Assembly (NCBI GenBank): GCA_964016885.1
Contig: OZ024752.1
Location: 47,120,001-47,184,000 of the forward strand
DNA from: Eledone cirrhosa
Lineage: Eukaryota
Direction: 5' to 3'
Length of the DNA: 64,000 nucleotides
Positions 12,670 to 25,616 of this stretch are shown one piece after another. Under the pieces are notes generated by a model. That model saw nothing but the letters and a program-made list of their open reading frames with translations. It had not been told where the DNA came from and ran no database searches. The translations under genes and the position numbers were made by a program. Each line of letters starts with the position of its first letter. Position 1 is the first letter of the stretch.

Positions 12670-15600
12670 CTGAAAAATTTATTGTTGAACAGAAGTATTC
12701 AATGATAAAGGGTTTTTTTTTTTTTAAAGGTATTAAAATAATGATTTCTACAAATAATAATAAAAATAATTGTTTCTACTTTTGGCACAAGGCCAGCAAT
12801 TATCCCAGTGCATTACTGGTACTTTATTTTATCGACCCCGTAAGGATGAAAGGCAAAGTTAACCTCGGTGGGATTTGAACTCAGACTGTAAAGGGCCGTA
12901 ACTCTGTGCTGCAAAGCATGGCGTTCGACCCTCTACCGATCCACCACCATGATTATATGAATAAAATAATAAACAGGAAAAGAGACAAAAAGGTTGGGAT
13001 TAAAATAATGAAAAAAAAAGATGTGAAAGTGGAAGGGAAGGACAAACTCTATACCATTAGCTGGGGCAGTATATCTTAGTTGTACCCCATGGACAAGATG
13101 GAGAAGCCAGTAAAATAATGAGTATACATACCTTATGACACAAAAAGGATCCTCCTTTCTTTACTTTGTTTGCCCCTTTAGAAGGCCCTTTCTAAAATAG
13201 GAAAACATAAATCATAAATAGAAATTGCAACACACAAGTCTAAGTTTTAACTCTAAAAAAAATCTCTTCAAATCTTGGGGATGTGTATATGATGTGGATC
13301 CTTACTTCTTTGATGCTAAATTCTGCCAGTTGCAGACTGCGCATCAACATGAGATATTTTTCTCCACAAAGTTCGATCACCAAGAGCAAAGATCATGTCC
13401 AGTCCATAAGTTGACATTATCAAGCCATTGTTTTGGCTGCCAACCTCTGCTTCTCTTACCAGCCAACTTTCCTTCCAGGAATATATAATACCTTTCAATC
13501 ACCAGCAGCCGAGTTTAAAGTGCAAAGCTTAAGTTCAGTCCATAAGTTGGCACTATCAAGCCATTGTTTTGGCTGCCAGCCTCTGTTTCTCTTACCAGCC
13601 AACCTTCCTTTCAGGCATAACCTACTCACACCATGAGTTGATCTTTTTATATGACCGTATAGCCTCTCTTAATGAGGTTGGGTGAAGTCTCTCTGAGTCT
13701 TGGTTGACAGCCCACCTAATGATGGTGTCACGATAAAAACACTGGTTTTTGTGTTACCTTACAAACACTCTCTTCCAACATGCCTTATGCCAGCATGAAA
13801 GAGTAGGCTCATAAAATTAACATGGAAAAGTCACTTCAAAGATCATTACTGCTGAACAGTAAACAAGTGGACCAGAGCTCTTAACCACTTTATCACCCAG
13901 TACACTATAAAGTGGTTGGTAACTGAACATAGATAATAACTGGTAGCAAGAATTCTTCAATCTTGCTGAGCACACAACAACCTCTTTAGTGTCGGTGTCA
14001 CAATACAATAAATTGCACCCAATACACTCTGTAAAGCATTAAAAAGAGTATTAAGCCATAGAAATTATGCCAAAATATAGAATATATAAGCAAGAGGTGG
14101 TCATCTTGTCTTGGATCATTGACCTGGCAAACTCATGCCAGGATGGAAAACGGATGGAAAATGATGATGATAATGAATCAAATAAGAATTCTTACTGGAT
14201 TTTTAGCGAAATCTCTGGTATGTTGTACATTCCACCAGTCTTGTGTCCATTCCCAAACATTACCAATTATATTTTTCAGTTTAAACTTGTTCTGTGTTGG
14301 AAAGGCATCAACCTGAAAGGAATGTGATATATAAATATTTATGGTAAAGAGGTAAGAAACTCTCAGGAAAGCTGAACAGCAGAAGGTCCTCAGAAAAGAA
14401 ACCCTGCTCAAGTGAGTGTTTCAGTCTTTACCTTCTGTTAGTTTTAATAAATGTTTACTTCAGTAAATATCTATGGTAAATGTTAATATTAGTTTTAATA
14501 AATGCTTAATTTAATAACCAAAAAAGACTGAATTATTAAAATACTACCATAAACATTTGTATGATTTTTTTTTTCTATCAGGCTAACAATGGGCTTCCAT
14601 CTAGAAAGTTCATCTCCAAGATGCAAGCCTGGGCAAAGTGTTTTGTAGACGATCAGCTGTCAACCATGCATACCAGTCTTACCTCTCTATGGTTTTCCGA
14701 GACTGACTGATGACAATAATAATAACATATTACTAAGAACACAAAACAAGACTTACAGGTGCTGTACCAACGAAACCATCATCTCCAGTATTTTTCACAG
14801 GGAACTCTCCATGCCAAATATTCATCCAATGTTTATTTTCTGGATTTTCTTTGTTACCCCAAGGAAATGTTCTAATTGTGAATAAAATTTTAATAATCTT
14901 TATCAATAAAAATATGAATTTTGAAGACCACGGCAATACAAAATGGACGAACAAGAAAATAAGACGAAGCAAGCAAGATGTTCTGTGTTACCTTTATTAT
15001 TTATCTATCCTGATATTTCGAGATAAAATCTCTTCTTCGGAGGGAAATAGCAAGGGACAAGTCTGGGTTTGGTGAACGATCAATATTTTAATATTTTAAT
15101 CAAAGAACTAGTAAAAATTGTATTGGTAAATATCTAAGATTGTTTTGGAAAAGGCAGTACAAAGAATGTTAGAAATAAAGGAGTGAAAACTTGAGTAAAA
15201 TTTTACAAACAAACCAAAACAAAACACTACACTCTTATCTTATATTTCATAATATTTCAAGCAACCCCGAAATATCATGAAATATAGGGTAAAAATGTTT
15301 TTTGTTTGTCTTACTTTACTCTCCTCTAATTTTCATTCCTGTATTTCTAACTTGCATTGTACCAGCTTTTCTCAAACATTCTTAACCTCATATTTCACAT
15401 TGTTTTATATAAACTATGTTGGTTTATATATACTCTAAAATGTTTAGTATGTCGGGCAGGTAATCAGTAATACGTAGTTACCTGGTTTGAAGTTTTATAA
15501 AACAGGAAAAAAACATCAGCTGTGACTATTATGACTAAACAAAGCAGATCAAAGGGATTATATTTTCCAAGCTGGATATAAATAGTCAATGCAAGAGTCA

Positions 15601-18600
15601 ACAGTCAGATACTTTATCAATCTCAATTATTTCACCATATTGATGGTCACATTCAGTGCCGGATTTAGGACAAACGAGGCTCTGTGCTAGTTAAGTTCTG
15701 AGGCCCTAAACATTTGAAAAATTCATCGTGAAAAATTTGGTGGGGGCAGATAGATGCCACCCCACCATCCCTAGCCAACAGGGCCATGTGCTTAAGCACA
15801 CCTAAGTTCAATGGTAATCTGGTGGGATTTGAATTCAGAACTTAAAGAGCCATGACTCCATAACTCTATGCTACGAAGAATGTTGTCTGATGCTCTACTG
15901 ACACTGCCAATCCATCATTGTGTACAGTGCTCAGGTGCACTACAACTCATCAAAGGTGCATGTAAAAGAAATAAAAAAAAGGAAAGACTAAAACTTACCT
16001 TTGTTTTAATCCCCCACGGCAAGCATGCTCCCATTCTGCTTCAGTAGGCAACCTTTTGCCAGCCCATTTACAATATTTTACAGCATCATTCCAAGAAACA
16101 TGGAGAACAGGATGGTTCATCCTAAAAATTATATACAAACACCAGTTAATATTTAGCTATTAGTAAAGGTGCACAGTCTAGTGGTTAGAGAGAGAGGGTC
16201 ATAGAAAGAGCGGTTGTATGACTGCTTTAACCCTTTAGCATTTAAACCAGCCATATCTGGCCAGAATTGTCTCACATCTTTCTGTTCAAACTGGCCGTAA
16301 CTAGCCACTCATACTGATGTTAAGGTCTTGTTTTCAAAGTAAATAATAACATCATCAAAATCTCATAGATTTGATGTGAATAATTATGTGAGATAAAGCC
16401 TTTACTGTGAAAATATAATAGTATATAATAGATGTCCCGCCTCCATACACAGGCACACATGTATTTCATGACTCGTACACTGTTCATTTTTCTGACATTT
16501 GTACATTATTCTATGTAATATACATGCAACCTTTGATGAATTGTAGTGCACCTGAGCACTGTACACAATAATTTCATCATTATTATTATTAGAAACATGG
16601 TAATTGTATACATTGAGAGAGATAGTTTATGAAAAAATCCCAATACTTTGTCAGAGATATTAAATATCAACTGAAGCCTCACAAGTAAAACAGTATGAAT
16701 GACACACTCAAATAATTCTAAGAGATTTAGGTAAACAACAAGTGTAACATCCTGAAGTTATTGATACCCTGGTAACATACAAGTTAAGTATTGAGGTCAA
16801 TTTAATTGACTATACCTTCCACCAAAACAGTCGTATTTGTGTGTATTTATGTATGTGTATGCTTGTATGTAAGTTTTTTGTGGAACGAGAAACTCCTAGT
16901 CTTCATTGAGAAGGTCACTCTGATATAAAACCTGTGACTTTGTTTGCATCCAATGATGTAGACCAGTTCTTCTTTTTGGGCAAATGCATTCGATAGTCAG
17001 AGAGTGGGATTGGTTCTGTGCAAAACCTTTCCTCACTTAAAAAATGCTTCAAGTACAGGCATCACTTGATATGTGACATTTTTGGTGATGCCTGGTATTG
17101 CTGGCCATAGGCAAGTCCCTAGCAGGAATAAAAAGCCACATCTGTGATGCTCATGTTTAAGTATCAATCGATTATTCAAAATTGAGTTGCAGCCATCATC
17201 ATCATCATGTGTGCATATATGCATATATGCATATATGCATATGTACAGGCAAACAGATTGTCATAGCTTGAGAGACAGACACAGAAAGATCGATAGAAAT
17301 ATTTAATTATGTAGAAACATGAAATATTCATAGCAGCATTAGGTTAAGATTTAAAGCCAGATACACACCTGTCTTTGATTGTAGAGTCATTACCTTCAGG
17401 TGTTCTCCAGAAAGCTCCATTAACAGACACCCACCAAGGAGCAGCCGTCACCTACAAACATTTTTTAAAATATATTTTCCATGGAAATTCAACACATAAA
17501 ATTAATCTTTATCACATCATCTACAAAACTTATACATTAGCTTTGTAATTTGTTTGAACAGAAAGAAGTGAGACAATTCTGGCTGGATATGAACAGCCGG
17601 TTTAAAATATGGTGACATTTGTAACAAATTGGTAGTTTTCGTTGTGTGTTGTACAGCAGGCAAATGTAAGCTTATTTTCCTGAATATGAATACATACAGT
17701 GAATGTGTATTGGTGCTGTTGAATAAAGCTATGTCATTGTGTGCCATTACAAAAATGTTTTTGTGGTTTCTGTTGAATGCAGTTGTGAAAACCTTGTATA
17801 TTGGTTGTATGTGGAAGGTTGACAGGAATAATCAAGCATAGTACAATCTACATAGGAGCATGTGTAGTTAGAAATAACAACAGGTAGGCCATTTATAGTT
17901 TGAAAAAAAAACCAGTCCTCATCATTGTTTTATATCCATTTTCCGTGCTGGCATAGACTGACCAGGTCATTATAGTCCGAGTCAGTTCATATTCCGAGTT
18001 ACTGCCTTTCTAGATAGGTCAGTAGAGCATGTCTAGCTCATACATTCTATTTTTGTCATGGTTTCTAAGACTGAATGACTTTCTTTACACCAACCACTTT
18101 ACAGTTTTTTTTAAAATTATTTTTTAAAGAAAGGAATAAACTTTATTTCAGAATACTCAAATATATTTCTAGGATGAAATTATATAAAAATAATAAAGAA
18201 TTTAATATTTAGTCAAACATAAAGATAAAGACTATAAATGCCATAGAAGAAAGGAAAGGGAGTGGGGGAAAGGATTGTTAGACAACGAAAGAAAGAAAGG
18301 GAGAAGGGGAGAGAGTGACAGATTCTACATCTAAGTAAGAGCTGTGTTTCGGCTATGCCCCACAGACAAAATAGCAGTTAGATTGTATGGGCTGCATTTT
18401 ATATTGACACCAGCCCTAAAGAGGTTGTTATGTCTTTGATGAGATTAAACAGACCTTATGCTGTCTTTGTTTAATTGCAATCCAGTTTACAGTGTACTGG
18501 ACACATTTTATCATGGCACCAGTACTAGGGAGGTTGGCACCACCCACTCCAAGGTAAATATGGCCAAGATGAAGAAAGAGGAAAGAAAATAATTGTAAGT

Positions 18601-21600
18601 ATGATAGGGGAAGAAGCTGAGTGGTAGGAGAGTAGAGGTGGGTGAGGAGAGGTAGGTAAAGGTGGGTGAGTAGAGATAGGCAGTGGTGGGTGAGTGGTAG
18701 GTGAGTAGAGGTGGGTGAGGAGAGATAGGTGGTGGTGGGTGAGTGGTAGGTGAGTAGAGATAGGTAGAGGTGAGTGAGTGGTAGGTGAGTAGAGGTGGAT
18801 GAGGAGAGGTAGGTGAAGGTGGGTGAGTGGTAGGTGAGTAGAGATAGGTAGAGGTGAGTGAGTGGTAGGAGAGTAGAGGTGGATGAGGAGAGGTAGGTGA
18901 AGGTGGGTGAGTGGTAGGTGAGTAGAGATAGGTAGAGGTGAGTGAGTGGTAGGAGAGTAGAGGTGGATGAGGAGAGGTAGGTGAAGGTGGGTGAGTGGTA
19001 GGTGAGTAGAGATAGGTAGAGGTGAGTGAGTGGTAGGAGAGTAGTGGTGGATGAGTAGAGATAGGTAGAGGTGAGTGAGTGGTAGGAGAGTAGAGGGGGA
19101 TGAGGAGTGGTAGGTGAGTAGAGATAGGTAGAGGTGAGTGAGTGGTAGGTGAGTAGAGGGGTGGGTTGAGGTGTAGTTATATAGTCCAACTGTGTTGGAC
19201 TGTACCTCAACGAATCCAAGACTGAGTATGTGAACAGATGCGCAAACAGCCCAAACTACCCCATCAGAACCCTTAAGCAGGTGGAAGATTACAAGTATCT
19301 TGGCTCATATATCTCCTCCTCCAAAAAAGATTTTCTAACCAGGAAGGGTATGGCATGGTCAGCGTGCAATGACATGCACGCCATATGGACATCTCAACTT
19401 ACCAACAAGCTAAAACTGGAAATATTCCAAGCAACCATTAAGCCCATATTACTTTATGGATCCGAAACTTGGACACTAACATCACAACTTGAGAGGAGAT
19501 TGGATGGCACATATACCCGCCTCTTAATGAGAGTGCAAAACCTATCCTGGAAACGACATCCCACCTTGTCTAAAATCTATGGCAAACTCCCTCGAGCCTC
19601 TGCCCTTCTAAAATCCCGGAGAGCTCAATTTGCTGGCCACTGTCACCGTGCCAGCAATGAAATCATATCCGCTCTCTTGCTCTGGAACCCTGACTCCAGC
19701 CTGACTAGGAGTAGGAAGCTGTCATTCCCTGACGTTATCTCTAGGGATACGGGAATCAGTAGACAGGACCTGGGGGCAGCGATGGGGGACAGGGGATTCT
19801 GGGGCTTGAGAGTGAGATCCATCATCTCGACAGTAGTCGACGAGTGATGATGATGTGAGTTATATAGTTGTAGGGAGATGATGATGATGACAATGATGGA
19901 GGAGGAAAAGGAGTTATTTTCAAAACAAGTTAACAATAAAACAGGACAGCTACTTACAGCTTGGGTGACATTCTTTAAAGTGGCTTCACTCAAGTAGTTT
20001 TCCATCACAAAAGAATTGCCAAATTTTTCTGCCTAAACAAAGAAAGAAATGATTGTTTCTACTTTTGGCACAAGGTCAGCAATTACCTAGTGTATTACTG
20101 GTACTTTATTTTATCGACCCCCGTAAGGATGAAAGGCAAAGTTAACCTCAGCGGGATTTGAACTCAGAATGGCAAGGGACGTAACTCAATGCGTCAAAGC
20201 ATGGCATCCGACCCTCTACCGATACTGCCAATCTACATATTTAAAGGTTAGCTTTGCTTTTCATCCTTAAAATAAAGTACCAGTCACGCATTGGGGTCGA
20301 TTTAATCGATTTTCCACTCCCCAAGAATTGCTGGCCTTGTGCCTAAAGTAGAAATCATTATTATTAGGGCAGTGGATTGACAGAATCGATAGAGCATCAG
20401 ACAACATACTTTGCAGCATAGAATTACGGCTCTTTACGTTCTCAGTTCAAATCCCACCGAGGTTAACTTTGCTTTTCATCCTTACAGGGTCGATAAAATA
20501 AAGTACCAGTAATACATTGGAGTCGACTTAATTGACTTTTCCCTCCCCAAATTGCTGGCCTTGTACCTAAAGTAAAAATCGTTGTTAATATTATTATTAT
20601 TTGGTAAGGGCGGTAGGCTGGCAGTATCGGTGGAGTCGGACGCCATGCTTTCCAGCATAGATATGTCCCTTTACGGTCTGAGTTTAAATAAAGTACCAGT
20701 CTTGCCAACAACAACCCTGAGTACCTTTCAGATTTCCATGTGTCTAACACACGTGGACATGCCCTCAAAGTCAGAAAACTACAGTTCCCATGACTTTCGG
20801 AAACATTTTTTCACGCTCAGAGTTGCTGAAGCATGGAACAAACTACCTGCATCGGTTGTTAGCTGTCGAGACACTGCATCCTTTAAGGCCTCCATGGAAC
20901 AAACTACCTGCCTCGGTTGTTAGCTGTCGAGACACTGCATCCTTTAAGGCCTCCATGGAACAAACTACCTGCCTCGGTTGTTAGCTGTCGAGACACTGCA
21001 TCCTTTAAGGCCTCCATGGAACAAACTACCTGCCTCGGTTGTTAGCTGTTGAGACACTGCATCCTTTAAGGCCTCCATGGAACAAACTACTTGCATCAGT
21101 TGTTAGCTGTCGAGACACTGCATCCTTTAAGGCCTCCATGGAACAAACTACCTGCCTCGGTTGTTAGCTGTCGAGACACTGCATCCTTTAAGGCCTCCAT
21201 GGAACAAACTACCTGCCTCGGTTGTTAGCTGTCGAGACACTGCATCCTTTAAGGCCTTCATGGAACAAACTACCTGCATCAGTTGTTAGCTGTCGAGACA
21301 CTGCATCCTTTAAAACCTCCATGGAACAAACTACCTGCCTCGGTTGTTAGCTGTCGAGACACTGCTTCCTTTAAAACCTCCATGGAACAAACTACCTGCC
21401 TCGGTTGTTAGCTGTCGAGACACTGCATCCTTTAAGGCCTCCATGGAACAAACTACCTGCATCGGTTGTTAGCTGTCGAGACACTGCATCCTTTAAGGCC
21501 TCCATGGAACAAACTACCTGCCTCGGTTGTTAGCTGTCGAGACACTGCATCCTTTAAGGCCTCCATGGAACAAACTACCTGCATCGGTTGTTAGCTGTCG

Positions 21601-24230
21601 AGACACTGCATCCTTTAAGGCCTCCATGGAACAAACTACCTGCCACGGTTGTTAGCTGTCGAGACACTGCAACCTTTAAGGCCTCCATGGAACAAACTAC
21701 CTGCCTCGGTTGTTAGCTGTCGAGACACTGCATCCTTTAAGGCCTCCATGGAACAAACTACCTGCCTCGGTTGTTACCTGTCGAGACACTGCATCCTTTA
21801 AGGCCTCCATGGAACAAACTACCTGCCTCGGTTGTTAGCTGTCGAGACACTGCAACCTTTAAGGCCTCCATGGAACAAACTACCTGCATCGGTTGTTAGC
21901 TGGCGAGACACTGCATCCTTTAAGGCCTCCATGGAACAAACTACCTGCCACGGTTGTTAGCTGTCGAGACACTGCATCCTTTAAGGCCTCCATGGAACAA
22001 ACTACCTGCCTCAGTTGTTAGCTGTCGAGACACTGCATCCTTTAAGGCCTCCATGGAACAAACTACCTGCCTCAGTTGTTAGCTGTCGAGACACTGCATC
22101 CTTTAAGGCCTCCATGGAACAAACTACCTGCATCAGTTGTTAGCTGTCGAGACACTGCATCCTTTAAAACCTCCATGGAACAAACTACCTGTATCAGTTG
22201 TTAGCTGTCGAGACACTGCTTCCTTTAAGGCCTCCATGCTTCCCGAGATTCGCCAACACTACACCTAATGTTCCCCCTTCATACACATACACACATGTAT
22301 ATCATGACTCATACGCTATTCACTTCCTTGACATTTGTGTATTATTCTATGTACTATACATGCACCTTTGACGAGTTGTAGTGCACCTGAGCACTGTACA
22401 CAATAATTTCATTATTATTATTTAATGTACTGAGTAATTGCTGGCCTTGTGCCAAAAGTAGAAAATTATTATTATTGGGTAAAGACTGAAGGCGTGGGGC
22501 TTAGTGGTTAGTGATTTTGGCTCACCGGATATGAATGGAAACACAAAGGAAAGTCTCTTTGGTTCCCATAACATTTACTTAGTCCTAATTGTGTCACAGA
22601 AGTAGAGATAACCATTGTCATTTTATTACCTATGATTATATTGAGTTTGATAATTCTATCACTTGTTCAAACTACTTCAGTTATTTTATCTATCCACTTC
22701 TCAGAATATAAAATATCTACCTCCCGTACCCCATTATAATTTCCTACTCAGAAAAGCTTATATTTATACTGTTTGCATGTGATAAGTTTTACTGAGGCAT
22801 TCCTCCATCTCACCTCTTAACCCTTTAGCATTTAAACCAGCTGTATAGTTGGTTGATGTTGTGAAGCTCAGTGGTTAAGGATCCAGAGCTTGCATTTGGA
22901 ACTGTTGACACGGAGGTTCCTACTCTTCGTAGGAGCAACGACCTTATTTAAAGGTCCTCCAAACAATTATCATCAAAATATCAGACATTTAAATCCGGGT
23001 CAGCTCCTATCTTAGTAACGTCATCGATACCCAGTGCAAATAAAGTTCTAGTCTTTGTCATATTTGGCAGCTCCTCGCCTTACTGAATTATCAGGTGATG
23101 CTCGTGAGGGTACTTAGCTATTCCAATACCTTAGTCTCGCTATCACTTGCATTTTCCGTTGTAGCGTGTAATTGAGAGTGCATGTCTTCTCCCGATTAAT
23201 TTCTATTCACCTGATTCTTTTGTGAATTATATCCGAGTTTTTAATAAGCAAACCTTTTTATTGTTGGGTCAGGGTAATGTTGGTGAGGCACGATACACAG
23301 TTATATCGTCTGACAATTTTAACATACTTCCAATATTGAGTTACCAAATCGATTCTTTTTTTATTCATGACCTCAATTTTCTCGATTAAATAAATTGTAG
23401 TCCAGTGCCGTATTTAAATATTACAGAAAAGAGCCTCAAAACCCAGACGGATCTCAAGAGATATAATACAATTTTCGTGAGATCTTACAAGTTTTTTTCA
23501 TAGCTTAAAACCTAATTAAGTCAACACCCAGTACTGCTGTAGAACCAATTAAATTCAAATAAAAAATAAAATTAATTCACTCTTCCCCAATCAGTGTGTT
23601 TTGATGAGCAGACCTATGTGTTTGATGAGCAGTGTGTTTTGATGAGCAGACCTATGTGTTTGATGAGCAAAGCAGTGTGTTTTGATGAGTTTGATGAGCA
23701 AACCTATGATCACCAGAATCTGTAATAATCTCGACGTTTTAATAAAATCGTTAGCTGCTATTTTTAGCAGGTTGAGCAACTACGTACATGTGCGTTGTTT
23801 ACACGTATATATAAACGTGTGTAGTTTGTAGGTGCAGTTTTTATTTTAAACAAATGTTATTTTTAAAAGATGTAAAGATGCGAAGCAACCTTTAGTTTCA
23901 GACACTGAAAACTTTTCGTTTAAAAAAAAAGGACCACTAAGATTAGATTTTACTTACAGAAAATATAGTAAAAATAACAATAAGTTTCCCTTAGTTTTAC
24001 TATCATGACATTTTTAGACGGAAATGTTTCTACTTTTGGTACAATGCCAGCGATTTTGAAGAGGAGGGGAAAGTCGATCACATTTAGCCCAGTGTGTGAC
24101 TGGTACTTTATTTTATCGACCCCTTAAGGATGGATGAAAGGCAAAGCTAACCTCGGTGGGATCTGAACTCAGAACGTAAAGGGCCGTAACTGTATACCAC
24201 AACAACGTATGTATGCATGTGAGTGTGTAA

Positions 24231-24264
<34 letters not shown>

Positions 24265-25616
24265 AGTGTAACGTCCAGTTACTGTAGGTTCACCAGAGTG
24301 AGTATTCGATGCCTAGTTTCCAGCATCCGGCTAGATCGATACAGATCGAACCTTGAGGTGATCAATAGCGAACACGCGCCACTACTCAATAACGTAAAGA
24401 AGACATAACATATCATTATTTTATTATTAAATATATAGAGAGATAGAGAGATAGATAGATAGATACAGGGTGTCCTCCAAAAATGTATACACACTTTTAT
24501 TAGAATGCTGTTGAAGTATGTATACATTTTTGGGGACACCCTATATATGGGTGTGCGTGCATGTGCGTACTTAAAGCGAAATTAAAGCAAGTGGAAAATA
24601 AATATTTGGGTTTTAAATAACCTCAAAACACTTAGTGCGTAATTGACGGAGCAGGCATGTCGCCTGAGTCGTATTGCTATTGTCCAATTTTTAAATGATT
24701 TTATTACAACCGCCCGTCGGATAAATTGTTTTGATATGTATAAACAACCAATTTTTAAAAATGTATGGAACGATGCCAATTTTGTATAAGCTAAAACAAT
24801 ATTTCTCTGCTACTTAATCTATTGATCTCACATGGAAGCATTAGTGTGAGTTGAAATCTAAATTGTAATATTACAATGAAGAAAGTTTGCCGGGTATTTT
24901 AACATCTCGGCTATTATATAGCATATTATTAATTCATAACTTATACCATCTCATGTCAGTTGTAAGATATCAGATGTTTAATGTCTTGCGGTTCCACCAA
25001 ACAGTATTGCATATACGCAATTATTTCCATAGTATCAAACAAAGACTTTATGAAAATGCATTTTAATATTTTAATAACAATTCACGAAAATTCATCATAA
25101 TTTCTTTACGAAATTAGACCCCTATAAGCAGCTCTGCACCGTGGCTATAACGCATCTGGTCCGGCCGCTTCTGCGACTGCATGCATTAATAAAATATTAT
25201 ATATTTACCTCAGTAATATAACCGGTAGCATTGACAAACTTTTCGAATTCTTCATTACTGACTTCATGAATATCCATATAAAACGACTTTATGTCTACTT
25301 CCCTCTCAGGACCTTCGCCATCAGCTACAAATATTGGTTTATCTGTACCCATTAAAAACTTCCCAGCTGGGATAAACGACATTTCGCCTGTGGGTGAGAA
25401 AGAACTCGGATTGTTTGCCTGTGCAGAATATTTACTGTCTTTTTCTGGAGGAGTTGTTTCTTGTTCACATTTATCACGACTGGTAGAACAGCCACAACTC
25501 TTTTCGGGAACATTTTTATTGTCACCATCTTCGGCAACATTTCCCTTTGTTCCATTAATTACCAAGCTGGCGATTGTAACTAAAATTACAAGTCTTGTAT
25601 GAAAACAATTAAACAT
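12556..25616 (-). CDS. SUMF1: Formylglycine-generating enzyme / sulfatase-modifying factor 1, complete 8-exon gene, 364 aa
   Basis: Exons 25616-25209, 20032-19958, 17451-17369, 16121-15999, 14871-14757, 14312-14196, 13191-13132 and 12669-12556 join in frame. Signal peptide, CGC motif, [27 protein letters not shown] and catalytic [21 protein letters not shown]...NLGFRC are all present. Confidence 0.97.
13132..13191 (-). CDS. SUMF1: SUMF1 exon 7 ([20 protein letters not shown])
   Basis: tttag|...|gtatgt. Confidence 0.95.
13290..13720 (-). mobile_element. decayed LINE C-terminal fragment, partly duplicated
   Basis: Two copies of [18 protein letters not shown]-like sequence. Confidence 0.55.
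14196..14312 (-). CDS. SUMF1: SUMF1 exon 6 (VDAFP...[11 protein letters not shown]...AKNP)
   Basis: ttcag|...|gtaaga. Confidence 0.95.
14757..14871 (-). CDS. SUMF1: SUMF1 exon 5 (TFPWGN...DDGFVGTAP)
   Basis: attag|...|gtaagt. Confidence 0.95.
15005..15050 (-). ncRNA. degenerate minimal hammerhead motif (core CCGAAGA)
   Basis: ctatttccct CCGAAGA a-gagat-ttt-atctc GAAA ta TC| aggatag. Confidence 0.45.
15999..16121 (-). CDS. SUMF1: SUMF1 exon 4 ([13 protein letters not shown]...[18 protein letters not shown])
   Basis: tttag|...|gtaagt. Confidence 0.95.
17369..17451 (-). CDS. SUMF1: SUMF1 exon 3 ([27 protein letters not shown])
   Basis: tgtag|...|gtgtgt. Confidence 0.94.
18620..19165. repeat. 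G/T-rich imperfect minisatellite
   Basis: Recurring gtaggtgagtagagataggtagaggtgagtgagtg. Confidence 0.9.
19186..19857 (+). mobile_element. RTE/RTE-X-like LINE, 5'-truncated, with 11-bp target-site duplication
   Basis: ORF ...[39 protein letters not shown]; (tga)n tail; TSD agttatatagt at 19175-19185 and 19858-19868. Confidence 0.9.
19958..20032 (-). CDS. SUMF1: SUMF1 exon 2 ([25 protein letters not shown])
   Basis: tttag|...|gtaagt. Confidence 0.94.
20700..22422 (+). mobile_element. CR1 LINE 3' fragment with internal tandem amplification
   Basis: Near-identical to 11327-11655 on either side of the 61-bp array. Confidence 0.9.
20832..22234 (+). repeat. 61-bp tandem repeat x23, derived from the CR1 3' end
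   Basis: Unit catggaacaaactacctgcctcggttgttagctgtcgagacactgcatcctttaaggcctc. Confidence 0.95.
24466..24543. mobile_element. Tc1/mariner-type MITE
   Basis: ta-CAGGGTGTCC.CCAAAAATGTATAC...GTATACATTTTTGGGGACACCCT-ata; a longer relative lies at 36720-36909. Confidence 0.7.
25209..25616 (-). CDS. SUMF1: SUMF1 exon 1 (signal peptide...VNATGYITE)
   Basis: ATG at 25616; donor gtaaat. Confidence 0.95.

Noticed and set aside
18340-18425. ggc-ata-gcc-GAAA hairpin on the minus strand
   Set aside because: No CTGAnGA core in position.
18428-19219. 263-aa Thr/Leu/Ser-rich ORF
   Set aside because: Minisatellite translation.
20832-22234. CRISPR-like regular array
   Set aside because: No unique spacers; it is a head-to-tail tandem repeat of CR1 sequence in a eukaryotic intron.
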